Shown one piece after another: positions 38,270 through 50,531 of a DNA stretch of 64,000 nucleotides. How positions within the stretch are numbered: the stretch's first letter is position 1; every line of letters starts with the position of its first letter. The translations under genes and the position numbers were made by a program. The notes below the pieces were generated by a model. It searched no databases, had not been told where the DNA came from, and worked only from the letters and a program-made list of their open reading frames with translations. The DNA is from Octopus vulgaris (taxonomy: Eukaryota), in the NCBI GenBank assembly GCA_951406725.2, contig OX597815.1:128092001-128156000 (forward strand). The letters run 5' to 3'.

Positions 38270-39430
38270 ATACCATCTCTCCTTCCCATGTTTCCTCCCA
38301 CATCCCTTTTCCAGTTTTCAGAGTTGGCACTGTCAATGTAGGCACACTGAAAGGTAAGGTGGGTCTAGTGAAATTGTTAAGATGCTTGAGCAGAAACGTA
38401 TTGATGTTTATAACATCCAAGAGGTAAGGTGGAGAGGAAGTTCAGCCAGGTTCCTCACAGGCAAGACACATGGGTATAAAATCTTCTGAGAAAGTAACAG
38501 TGATGGGGTAGGTGGTGTGGGCATACTTCTTGCAGAGAAATGGGTGGATAAGGTCATAGAGGTAGTCAGAGTGTGCAATAGAGTACTTATGCTCAGGCTA
38601 GTCATGCAGAATATTATAGTGACAATTATCTCTGCTTATGTCCCATAAATGAACAGAAGGACCACTTTTATGATATTTTTCTGCAGGCTACCTCAAAGAT
38701 GAGTGACAATGATCTCATCTTTGTGGCTGGAGATTTCAATGGACATGTCAGATGGCAGCCTAGTATTTTCCATGGTGTACATGGGAGCCATGGTGTATAG
38801 GGCAATGTGGTGGTGGAACAATGCTGTAGACAGGGCCATTAGAACAACGAAACAGGCCTGGAAGAGTAGAAGTAGCAGGGAACTGTATCAGGTAACCAAT
38901 AGGGAAGCTAAGAGACAGGTATATTTTGCCAAAGTAGAAGCAGAAAAGAAGTTTGACTATGTTCAGTGACATGAGGACCATAGAATTGAAGTGTTTTGGA
39001 ATGCAAGACAATGTGTGAGAGAAAATTGTGATTTATAGGAGAGAAACGTGTCTGCATGGATGATGGTACACTTGCATTTGGGAATTCTGCTAAGAAAGGG
39101 GCTTGGAGATGCGATTATGAAAGACTGCTGAACATGGAGAATGAATGGGAGGAATGGCCCAATTGAGGGACCAGCTACTTGAATCAACAGTACCTTGGTA
39201 GATAAAGCAATTAAGGATATGAAAACAAGGAAAGCATTTGGCCCATCAGGAATCACCTCTGAGATGTTTAAAATGTCTGGTAGTGTGGGTTATGGTCACC
39301 CATAAAGGTAATGCCTTAGATAGAAATAATTACAGAGGTACCAGATTGTTGGATCAGGTGATGAGAGTTACAGAGAGTCGTACTTCAATTAATTAGAGAG
39401 TTAATCTAGATGAGATGCAGTATGGTTATG
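38270..39430 (+). mobile_element. RTE LINE APE-endonuclease to RT region, degenerate with deletions
   Basis: FRVGTVNVGTLKG, IQEVRWRG, GVGGVGILLAEKWVDKV, AGDFNGHV, KAFGPSGITSEM. Confidence 0.85.
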
Positions 39431-39692
39431 TGTGTGTGTATGTGTGTGTTTGTGTACCTGTGCTTGTCTCTTCACCATCACTTGACAACCGATGTTGGTG
39501 TCTTTATGTCCCCCTAACTTAGCAATTCAGCAAAAGATACATGGCCACAGTCAAATGACTGAAAGCAATAAAAGAATAACCAAACATATACACACACACA
39601 CATACACACACACACACACACATACACACACACACATACACACACACACACATATATATGCATACATACATACATGCATACATATATGTATT

Positions 39693-39724
<32 letters not shown>

Positions 39725-39750
39725 TGTATGTATGTATGCATATATATATT

Positions 39751-39914
39751 GTGAAGCCAGTTGCCACATCAAATTGGCTGTTGAATGTTACTACTAGTTT
39801 AACCCCAGGCAGATTCTCCGCCAGCTGCACTGATAACCAACAGGTGGAGAAACTACCTGTGGTTAAACTACTAGCAACATTCAACAGCCAATTTGATGTG
39901 GCGACTGGTTTTAC
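39751..39914. repeat. ~72-bp-arm inverted repeat (foldback/MITE-like hairpin)
   Basis: 39751-39822 and 39843-39914 are reverse complements with a ~20-nt loop. Confidence 0.9.
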
Positions 39915-39975
39915 TGTTTAGTATACCTTACTGCTCAATCTCTTCTTGAGATTTTATAACTAGCTACTTTGCTTG

Positions 39976-40028
<53 letters not shown>

Positions 40029-41393
40029 CAAATACATATATATATATATACACATATATATACACTTACACATATATGCCCCACTGCCCCCTCTGCCCCC
40101 TCCCCTTGTCCATTGGAGTCTAAAATTGTGTAATTCTGCTTCTGTCTTTGTGAATGGATTCAATAGATAACTGTCCAGAAGCTTGTCATGTGTGTATATA
40201 AATATATATATATATCACCAGATCTGACTGGCCTGGTGCAGCCTTCGGGCTTGCCAGACCCCAGTTGAACCGTCCAACCCATGCTAGCATGGAAAGCGGA
40301 CGTTAAACAATGATGATGATGATCATCATCATCATCATTTAACATCTGTTGTCCATGCTAGCATGAGTTGAATGGTTTGACCAGAGCTCGCAAGCTGGGG
40401 AACGGCACCAGACTCCAGTGTGATTTGGCATAGTTTCTATGGCTGGATGCTCTTCTTAACAGTAACCACTTTACAGAGTGTGCTGGAGGCCTTCACGTGA
40501 CACCTTACAGGCACTTGTACATGGTGTCACACAGGCACATATCATCATCATTATCATCATCATCATCAACATTTAACAGCCGTTGTCTATGCTGATATGA
40601 ATTGGACAGCCTGTACATACGTACGTATGTATGTATGTATGCATGCATGTATGTATGTATGTATGTGTGGATATATACAATTGTGTACGCATGTGTGTGT
40701 GTGTGTATGTGTGTGTTTGGTATGTGTTTATACTTGTGTGTATGTAATGTGTCTGCATGCAAAGTTTGGTTCATGCTGGATAACGAAGAAGTTGGCAAGC
40801 AACAGCAAAGGAGATGCTCAGCAGGACATCCTGATTGATGCAGTGCAGGCGAAGCAGAGGAAGACGTTCAATGTTTAAATGACCAAGATATCCATGAAGT
40901 TTGGTATTTTATTGTATGTGAGAAGTGGTATTCTCCAGACAATCCTTAACTAACAAATGAATGAACTAGAGCAGTTAAAGTTGAATATGAAAAGCTGAAG
41001 TTTAAGGATAGGAAGAAATTTAATAAGGAGTATAGAGTAGAGATAGAACAGAGATAGGAAAATGTTAACATAAATCTTATAAAGCAATTAGCTTGTCCTG
41101 AAGGCAGAAGTACAGAGATTATGGAGATATTTACAGAAAAAAAAAGTGGGGAAACACTAAGTGTGAAGGGACCAGTTTAAGCAAAGTGCTAATCAACAAA
41201 GTATTTTTTTTGTCAGATAAATAAATATTTTAGACCTTCAAGTTGCTCATGACTGGAGATCTATGTCTATGTGTGTTTTTTTTATTTATTTATTTATTAG
41301 CGTATTTATGTCACTGTGTAGAAAAAGAAACAAGAAAATAACAGTAAAAACATCCCAGCAAACATTTTCAAAATGTCATTTCTTTCATTTCAG

Positions 41394-41420
41394 AACCTCC
41401 TGAAGTGATTTCCAAAAAAA
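41394..41420 (+). CDS. Host gene micro-exon 5 (EPPEVISKK)
   Basis: tctttcatttcag acceptor, A|gtaagt donor, 27 nt, phase 1-1. Confidence 0.7.
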
Positions 41421-41492
41421 GTAAGTACTTAATTATAACTAAAACGATAAAACATTTGCAAATTACATGTAATAACATATGTTTTAAACTTA

Positions 41493-41547
<55 letters not shown>

Positions 41548-41591
41548 TACTCAAAGGAAACCTATATGGTTAAAGGTAATATGGAAATATA

Positions 41592-42840
41592 CAGGGGTTG
41601 GACAAAATAATGGAAACACCTTAAAATTTCAAACAAATTTATTTTAATATGGAGTAGGATTGAATTCTACAAGGTGTGAACTCATACAAAGTTTGAATTG
41701 TTTCTAAAGGAATTTTTGTCCATTCTTCAGCTAAAACAGTCTCCAGTTCTTGTTGTGATGATGGTGGAGGATATCAACTCCTTACTTGTTTTTCTAAAAT
41801 GCACCATAAATGTTCAATAATATTGAGATCTGGGGACTGTGGTGGCCAGATAAGATATTCAACTTCACTAGAATGTTCCTTGTGCTATTCAGTAACAACT
41901 TTAGCTGTGTGAATTGGTGCATTATCATCCTGAAAGATTTTGGTTCCCTCCAGAAACAGTTCCACAACCATACAATGAATTTGATCAGATAAAATGCTTA
42001 AATAGACTTGACTATTAATTCTGCCATGAAGGGAAACCATTGAACCAGCGGATTACCAAGATATAGTCCTCCGCCCCAGATCATTAGAGATCTTCCTCCA
42101 TGTTTAACAGTTGGAAGAAGGCAGTCTGGGACAAATGCTTCTTTTGACTGTCTCCACATGTATACTAGGTTGATGGTTGGAAATAACGTAAAGGATGACT
42201 TGTCTGAGAAAATAACATACTTCCACTGCTCTAGGGACCAATTCTGTGGGTTTTTACTCCACTCTAAATGCTTTGCAGCATTTGTTTTTGAAAGTAGTGG
42301 TTTTCTGATGGCAGCCCTCTCATGAAATCCAGCTTTGTGCAGCTCCCGGTGAACAATTTTTGTGGAAACTGGGTTCTCAAGGTGGTCATTAAGCTCTGCA
42401 GTAATTTTGGGAACTGTACATTTGTGATCCTTTCTAACAATTCACGTAAGATTCTGACGGTCCCTATCTGAAATTTTTGGTTTTCTTCCGGAGTTTTGTT
42501 TCGACAAAGAAGTTTTTCCCTCTTTCTCAAAGGCTGTCATTACTTTTGAGACAGTACTTCTTGATACACCAAACATTTTGGCTGTTATGCTAGCACCTGC
42601 CATATGAGCACCAACAATTTGACCTCTCTGAAAGTCTGATAGATCTGTCATTTTAATGAATTTTAATTACCTTTTTCTGATGATATCCAAAAAGAAACAG
42701 CAGTTTTAGCAAAGCATATTAAGCAACATGAATAATAAATCAAAGAAGATAAAAATAAACAAGCTTTTGATGGTTTTATAGATATTTCAAAATTATGATG
42801 TTATGATGCTAGGTGTTTCCATTACTTTTTCCAATCCCTG
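41592..42840 (-). mobile_element. Tc1-like transposon with TIRs and TA TSDs, degenerate transposase
   Basis: TA|CAGGGGTTGGACAAAATAATGGAAACACC ... GGTGTTTCCATTACTTTTTCCAATCCCTG|TA. Remnants MTDLSDFQRGQIVGAH, VIFSDKSSF, QDDNAPIH, WPPQSPDLNIIEHLW. Confidence 0.92.
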
Positions 42841-42953
42841 TATTTGGAATTATCCAACAGAATATAACTCTGAATTCTTATCGTATAAGAATTATTAATA
42901 CCTAACTGTGAGCAACCTGGTAAACATTTGGAGAAATCCCTTACTAATTACCA

Positions 42954-43014
<61 letters not shown>

Positions 43015-43317
43015 ACTTATAAACAAGGGCAAAAGAAAAAAATTTCAATGCCAAATATGCCAAAATAGACTTAATCGTAAATAACCATATAAGTTATCAC
43101 TATAAGCAAACCAAGAGAAATTTCTAAAAATTTCGTTATTATTGGATCGGTCCCAATTTCTGAGTTAATTCATTTAGAATTTTCTTGTCATCAGCGATAA
43201 ATAAGATAAGAAAATAAATGAGATACTTACTTGTACCCATGGAAGAAATAAACACTAAGTCATAAGCACACTTAAGTACCCCAAGTACCTCGAGGTATGC
43301 TATGGGATTTCTATTTT

Positions 43318-43389
<72 letters not shown>

Positions 43390-43549
43390 GTTGTATACTG
43401 TCAGCTCAATGTGACAGTCCCATAAAGGGAATCACACCACCCCTATTTAGCCCTAGGAAGCATCGACGCTTCCTGTCGACTTTGACACATTTCCTGTGTC
43501 CTTATATTTGCGAAGGGGAGGCATGCTCCCCCGCCAGCTAGGATTAGCA

Positions 43550-43594
43550 CCTGAAGACATGCATGTTTCTGGGTCTTGCCCATCATCAGTCAAG
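43550..43594 (-). ncRNA. Minimal type I hammerhead ribozyme (Penelope/retrozyme type)
   Basis: Minus strand: CUUGA-CUGAUGA-UGGG(caaga)CCCA-GAAA-CAUGCAUG-UC-UUCAGG. Core intact, stem II perfect, stem III palindromic, GUC site. Confidence 0.75.
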
Positions 43595-43964
43595 AGTAGC
43601 AAGTCCTGCTAGCTGAGATGGCTGCAAATGGAGATTGTGGAGTTAATAAGAGTTTATTATCAACAGCAAATCGATCATTGTTCCTTACAGCTGTTTCAGT
43701 TATACAGTGAAATTAATTGAATATTAAGTTCATATTTCTGAGCATATTCTCTTCAAAGGGAAAATATACTCTTAGATGTTTTGTATGCTTGTAGATTCAT
43801 CACACCAGACTCTATAATCAATTATACACACTAGTGTATAAGTGATTACATTGGTTTTGAGTCATTTTTTTACTCCAATTTCTAGCAATGCTGGTACTAT
43901 CTATGTGCTCTTCATTGTAATTATAATATATTTATACATTTAAACACACACACACACACACACA

Positions 43965-43997
<33 letters not shown>

Positions 43998-44296
43998 ATA
44001 GTAAGGGAATTGAAATATATAAGCCAAGCATTTACCATATGAAGCACTCCTATGCTTGGGGTTATCTAAAAGCTGAAATGTGGGAAAGTCTTTCAGGATG
44101 CCACTGCACTAATAATCTGAAAATCCACAAAACATCTGCAGAGTATATATAATAAAAAAAAATGTATTACAGAATGGAGTTAGAAAATTGCATTTATTAC
44201 TTAGTTTACAATTGTTCCATCCATTTCAATTAAAGCAAACTTGCATCATGCCATTACTATGTACAATCTCTCCCATGGTTAAATCAACTCAATTAA

Positions 44297-44517
44297 CCTT
44301 TTAGTGTTTGCATTATTCTACCCAAATTAATGCTTTTTCATCCACATTGTTTTGAACTAGCCATGCATTATCTTGTAGCTATGAGATTTTGATGAGGTAG
44401 CTGTTAATTTTTAAAACGATATTGTAGGGTTGGTGTCAGAGACCAGATCTGGCCAGTTTGAACATAAAACAGGCAGAATACTTTTGGCCGGATATGGCCG
44501 GTTTAAATGCTAAAGAG
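44297..44517. mobile_element. piggyBac-like MITE with TTAA TSDs
   Basis: TTAA|CCTTTTAGTGTTT...AAATGCTAAAGAG|TTAA. Confidence 0.7.
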
Positions 44518-45059
44518 TTAAAGGCTGCAAAAAGCAATAAACTGATTGATTTTTCAATCTCACCAAAATCCATATCTACCCTTAAAGATATATGAAGTAG
44601 GTGGTTATAATTAAGAGATGTCACCATTGCTTTGGAAAAAAAAACTTTTAAAAAGTTCCATTCAACAAGTATAGGATCAAGAAATTTCATCTCATGCTCA
44701 CATATGTCCCATTTTTCTTCAAAGTTGGAAATATTGATATAATCTGTGGAAATTACCTAAAAACACAAATATGGAAAGCACTCTTTTGTGCATCATCTTT
44801 TGGAAATGTGAGACCAACACCAATGGAATATCCAGATGTAATGAGCCCTATTATTCCTATTGTGAAGGAACCAACTTCTACTTGCCTGTGATTGTGCTGA
44901 TATTATAATTTTCATCCTATCTTCAAATATATAAGAATAAAAAATATGAAATACCTTGTATAATGTGAATATGCTCTGACTTTCAGTACTAGGTTGGTAA
45001 TGCACAGATATCAAAGGACAAATATATGCATGACAAGTTGTGACAATGGATCGTATCAG

Positions 45060-45380
45060 TGTGTGTAGCACTGTATGTATGTATATATATCTATATCTAT
45101 CTATGTGTGTGTGTATGTGTGTATTTGTATGTATATGTATGTATGTCTGTATGTATGTACGTATGTATGTATGTTATGTATATACGTATGTGTGTATGTA
45201 TGTATGTGTGCATGTATGTATGTATGTATGTATGTATGTATGTATGTGTGTGTGTGTGTATGTATGTATATATGTAGGTAGGTAGGTATGTATGTATGCA
45301 TGTATGTGTATATTTATATATTTTGTTAGTATGTATGTACATATGTGTGTGTATATCTATGTGTGTGTGTGTGTGTATGT
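45060..45380. repeat. (GTAT)n/(GT)n degenerate microsatellite
   Basis: Visible directly; source of spurious MYVC ORFs. Confidence 0.95.
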
Positions 45381-45617
45381 ATCACCATTTGAGCATGGCC
45401 ATTGCTAGTACCACCTGACTGGCCCTTGTGCCGGTGGCACATAAAAGCACCCACTACACTCTCAGAGTGGTTGGCATTAGGAAGGGCATCCAGCTGTAGA
45501 AACTCTGTCAGATCAGATTGGAGCCTGGTGCAGCCATCAAGTTCGCCAGTCCTCAGTCAAATCGTCCAACCCATGCTAGCATGGCAAGCAGGCACTAAAC
45601 ATTGATGATGATGACGA

Positions 45618-45655
<38 letters not shown>

Positions 45656-45660
45656 TCATA

Positions 45661-46550
45661 CAAGGGGGTACCCAAAAGCAATCGGAAACGTTCTTTGTGG
45701 GATGAGCCTGTTGTAGTTTGGGCTTCCACCACTGGAACCCACTTGATTCAACCCTCAGGCACCAGTCTGCCAACCGGCATCATTGGATGTAGTCCTATTG
45801 CCATATGGTGCGTCTTTGTTTTGCAGTGCTTCTCCCTTGTTCATCGATTTTTGTGATGGCTGAAACAAGGGAAAAGTGAGTTTCTGTGAAATTCTGTTTT
45901 CTACTGGAGAAAATGGCAGCTGAAATAGTTGTCATGCTTCAAACAGCTTACAAGGATGCTATCATGAACAAAACACAAGTTTACAAGTGGTTTTCATGCT
46001 TTAGGAACAGTCACTTGTCACTTGAAAACCAATCTCATTCAGGGCAACCATCAACTTCCCAAACAAATGAAAACATGAAAATTCATAAACTGATCTAGGA
46101 ATACCATTACTGACAGTTGACAAACTTGTTGATATAACTGATGTGTCCTTGAGCTCCTGCCAATGAATTCTGAGTGAGGAATTGCAAATGGAAAGAGTTA
46201 TAGCAAAATTTGTGCCTCACATGCTCACAGAAGATCAAACGCAGTCGTAACTGAATGCATTTCGTAAACTGAAAGAACAGTTGGAAGTTCATCCAGACCT
46301 TTTTTCAAAGGTGCAACATTGGTGCTGTAGAATTGGCAGATGTGGAAGGGGTGAAGAAAAATGTAATGGAGGCATTAAAAGGCATCACTTCGCAAGAGCT
46401 CTAGCAGTGCTTTAAACAGGGGCAAATTCATCTGGACTAATGCATTGCTTCAAATCGATAATACTTTGAAGGCAATAAAAGTATAAACATATAAAACTAA
46501 ATGAATAAAATAACATTGCAAAACTTTGGTTTCTTTGGGGTACCCCCTTG
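45661..46550 (+). mobile_element. Internally deleted mariner-like transposon with TIRs
   Basis: TA|CAAGGGGGTACCCAAAAG...CTTTGGGGTACCCCCTTG|TA. Remnants KFCFLLEKMAAEIVVMLQTAY..QVYKWF..SGQPSTS and AKFVPHMLT. Confidence 0.9.
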
Positions 46551-47039
46551 TATATATATTATAATGAGGAGGTAAATAAGAATTTAGAAATATAGGTATG
46601 GAAATAAACTGCAGGATGATCATATCAAAATACCAAAATTTTTATGTATGTAAGAGAACTGGCTGATGCAGAAGGGTGTTAATATTAGGTAAAAGACTCG
46701 AAATTTCTGTAACTGCCTCAAAATATCCGACTGTCAAAACTAACCACTTAATCCTTTTATTTATGGAAAACAAATGAACTGGATATGAGCTGGCATGGAT
46801 AAATCTGATCGTCAAAGACATGGGATTAATTGTCTTCTCAAATTCTTTCTACTCCTGCTTCATCTTATTTACACCTTTTCATCCTGTATTTCTCTTAATT
46901 ATAATTGTCTACTTCAGATGGCTTTGAGGATATATAGTATCTGGCAAAAATGAAAAGTCAACCTTATTGCTTTTGACAACATTTTAAGTCATATGAAACA
47001 AGGTTAAAAATTTGTGTGGGTGCGTACATTCATATGTGC

Positions 47040-47050
47040 ATAGATGTGTG

Positions 47051-47105
<55 letters not shown>

Positions 47106-47478
47106 ATGTATGCATGCATGTGTGAGTGCACATATGTGTGTGTATGTGTGCATGCCTCTGTGTGTATGCATGTGTGCATGCATATGAGTGTGTGAGTATA
47201 TATATGTCTGTATGCATACATGCATGTGTGTGTGCATGTGTACATGCATGTGTGTGAGTGTGTGTATGTGCATAAATGCATGCATGTGAGTGCATATGTA
47301 TGTGTGTGTATGCATGCATGCGTGTGTGCATACATGTGTGTGTGCATGTGTGTTTGTGCATGTGCTTGTGTGTTTGCATGCATATGTGTGTGTAAGTGGG
47401 TGTGTGTGTGCATGTATGTGAGTGCATATAGGTATGTGTATGCATGCATGTGTGTGTGTGTGCATGCATGAGTGTGCA
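47040..47478. repeat. (TG)n/(CATG) degenerate microsatellite
   Basis: Visible directly; source of the His/Thr-rich false ORFs. Confidence 0.95.
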
Positions 47479-47646
47479 TTAGGAACTGACTCGGACTATA
47501 CCAACCTAACCCATGCTATTATGAAAAGTGGCAGTTTGATGATGCCAAATGTATTTATGCTTTTATGTCTACATATAAAAAAATAGAGAAAGAAGAAAAA
47601 AGATGGAACACACTTTCTAAAAGCAATAAGATTTCTTTTATTTCAG

Positions 47647-47679
47647 AAGTGATGAAATATGATGCTGAGTTTTTCACAG
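47647..47679 (+). CDS. Host gene micro-exon 6 (KVMKYDAEFFT)
   Basis: tttcttttatttcag acceptor, AG|gtacgt donor, 33 nt, phase 1-1. Confidence 0.7.
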
Positions 47680-48033
47680 GTACGTGATAAATTAAATCTT
47701 AAACATAAAAGATTGTTGTTTTTCCATTTTAAATTATATTTTAAAAGAGACAAAGCAATTTATGAAATTTCAAGACACATATTTCCCATTTTATCTACTT
47801 TGAGTGCTAACTTAGAATTGGAAGAAAGGGAAGATATTTTATACAAGGCACCTGCATGGAAGTCTGGTTAAGGAGTTTGCCATCAAACCACATAGTTTCA
47901 GGTTCAGTCCTACTGCATAGCACCTTAGGCAAGTGTCACCTGCTATAGCTTTGGACTGACCAAGCCTTGTAGAAAGATTTGGCAAATGGAAACCAAAAGA
48001 AATATCAAATATATATATATATATATATATATA

Positions 48034-49830
48034 CTAGCAGTATTGCCCGGCTCGTGTGCTCGTGCGTTCTATGCACGCGCGAATTAAGCTAAACTTGGAT
48101 GAAGTTCAATCAAAATTCAATTATTTTGGTTTTAAAATCAAGCATTTAATGCCCTCTATTTTTATGCTTATGTGTTCCATTACCTCAATAGGAAGTACGT
48201 AGAAGCATTTCACAAATTTTTGTTGATCAAATAATTGCATTGTTGAATTATTCTTTTAGATCAGTATTTCTCAAAGGGGATTTCAGGGCAGAGTTTCAGG
48301 GAATCGCTGGCGATGTATCGTGATGATCGAACATCCAGCCTGCTAAATTTAGTTAAAGTGATTCAAACTGCAGACTCAACGCAAAATGGTTACATTTAAT
48401 TCAAAGCATTCATGTCAAACAGCTGACTGCATAAAGTTTACTATTCAATGCATGGGATAAGGCCTAAACAAACACATTATCAACTTTTGCACTTGTGAGA
48501 TGAATTTCGGAACAGGAATAGTGCAGTTCAATTTTCATTCGCCTAAACTTTAAGTGACCCATTTTTGGTGGTTCTACGATTTGTTGGCTAGGAGGAGATG
48601 TGCTGAGAAGTTAAACACACAGACACACACACAGATACACACACAGACACACAAGTTGAGTTTTATATATATATAGATATACTACCCGGTGTTGCTTGGG
48701 TTTGTTTCAACCCTTTAGAATTGGAATTTTTGAAAAGTAAAAATTTTGCATTATGCAACTTGTTATTCTCTTCAAGTGAACATTTTTCCAGCTGAAATAC
48801 TCCGAAAAATGGTGACACAGCAGTCAAAAAATGTAAAAAATAGGGATTTTCAAAGAAAAAAAGCACCTTTTTGATGTAAATAATTTTTTGTGTTAACATG
48901 GTCCGATTTGAATTTTATCTCCTACAGAATGAAGAGCAAGCCTTCTTCTATCATACTCTCAATTTTGGTCAACTTGCGCTGCAGGGTCTCGAAGGAGATA
49001 GTGTTAGTTGAAGGCTACCAAACCTGCCACACCAGACAACTTCAGCTTTATATATATAGATTTGCTACACACTACTTTCCATCCTTAATAATGAAACTTG
49101 GTAGATCCAAAAGTTAAACACACAGACACACACACAGATACACACACAGACACACACACAGATACACACACAGACACACACAGAGATACACACACAGACA
49201 CACAAGTTGAGTTTTATATATATAGATTTCTCAATGGGGATTTCAGGGGAGAGTTTCAGGGAGTCGCTGGCAATATATCGTGATGATCAAAAATCCGGCC
49301 TGCTAAAATTTAGTTAAAGTGATTCAAACTGCAGACTCAACGCAAAATGGTCACATTTAATTCAAAGCGTTAAAAATGTTATGAAAACAATTGGTATGTG
49401 TTCACAAAGTCCAAACGATTAATATGAAAAAACCCTCCAGGCTACATCCCGAAAATTCCTTTCTTTGCCGAATTTCTACAATGTTTACGGCGATTCGTTT
49501 TTATATCTTGATTTTTTATTTTCCATGCAATTTACGTATGCTTGCACGCGTGGTGAACACAGTTCACGTCAAACAGCTGACTGAGTAAAGTTCACTATTC
49601 AATGCATGAGATAAGGCCTAAACAAACACATTATCGATTTTTGCACTTGCGAGATGAATTTCGGAACAGAAATAGTGCAGTTCAATTTTCATTCGCCTAA
49701 ACTTTAAGTGACCCATTTTTGGTGGTTCTACGATTTGTTGGCTAGGTGGAGATGTGCCGGGAAGTTAAACACACAGACACACACACACAGATACACACAC
49801 AGACACACAAGTTGAGTTTTATATATATAT
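48034..49830 (-). mobile_element. Tandem/nested non-autonomous Helitron-like units
   Basis: CTAG 3' end at 48034-48037. TCTATATATATAAA 5' ends at about 48677, 49060 and 49226, and a degraded one at about 49830. Internal duplication 48266-48677 vs 49227-49830. Confidence 0.7.
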
Positions 49831-49835
49831 ATATG

Positions 49836-49902
<67 letters not shown>

Positions 49903-49907
49903 TTTTG

Positions 49908-50175
49908 GAGTAAATCCAAACTTACAGGGAAAAATTAGATTTAGGATTAAATCTAATTTTACAGTATAAATATATATTTTTATATATTAAATTAGAGATA
50001 AAACCACTATTAGGCAAATCAAACAGTGAAAAACATAAACCAAAACATAGAAATAAAATTAATTAATATAATATACAAAATATATAAAATATAAAATTCA
50101 CAATTTAAATTATTTAAATTTAAAGGTAAAATTTAAAAAATTTTTTAAATTATTAATTTATACTTATAAATTTAT
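49908..50175 (+). repeat. AT-rich dispersed repeat, copy 2
   Basis: Near-identical to 21688-21960. Confidence 0.85.
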
Positions 50176-50277
50176 ATATATATATATTATTTTTTTATTA
50201 TTTTTTTTTATATATAACTATCAAAAAGTATTAAAAAGTTTAATAAGATAAAATGTATATATATATGTATGTATATA

Positions 50278-50315
<38 letters not shown>

Positions 50316-50531
50316 ATACAGTGTGTATTTAAACACATTAAAAATTTCAAAGATCTTTATTACCCTGATATTATTAAATAAATATATATATATATATAGT
50401 TATGGTATATTCTGTTAAGAACGTAGTGGAGTACAGTATAAAGCTTGTCCATCTTCAGATTTTCCCAGTGCTATCCAGTGGTAGTATTATATGTACTTCC
50501 AGGTTTGCATTTAGGCATCTGTCATGTGTGA

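Noticed and set aside
46984-47479. His/Thr-rich ORFs of 150-160 aa (and similar YIYI/MYVC/VCVC ORFs elsewhere)
   Set aside because: Translations of (CA)/(TA)/(GTAT) microsatellites, open in several frames.
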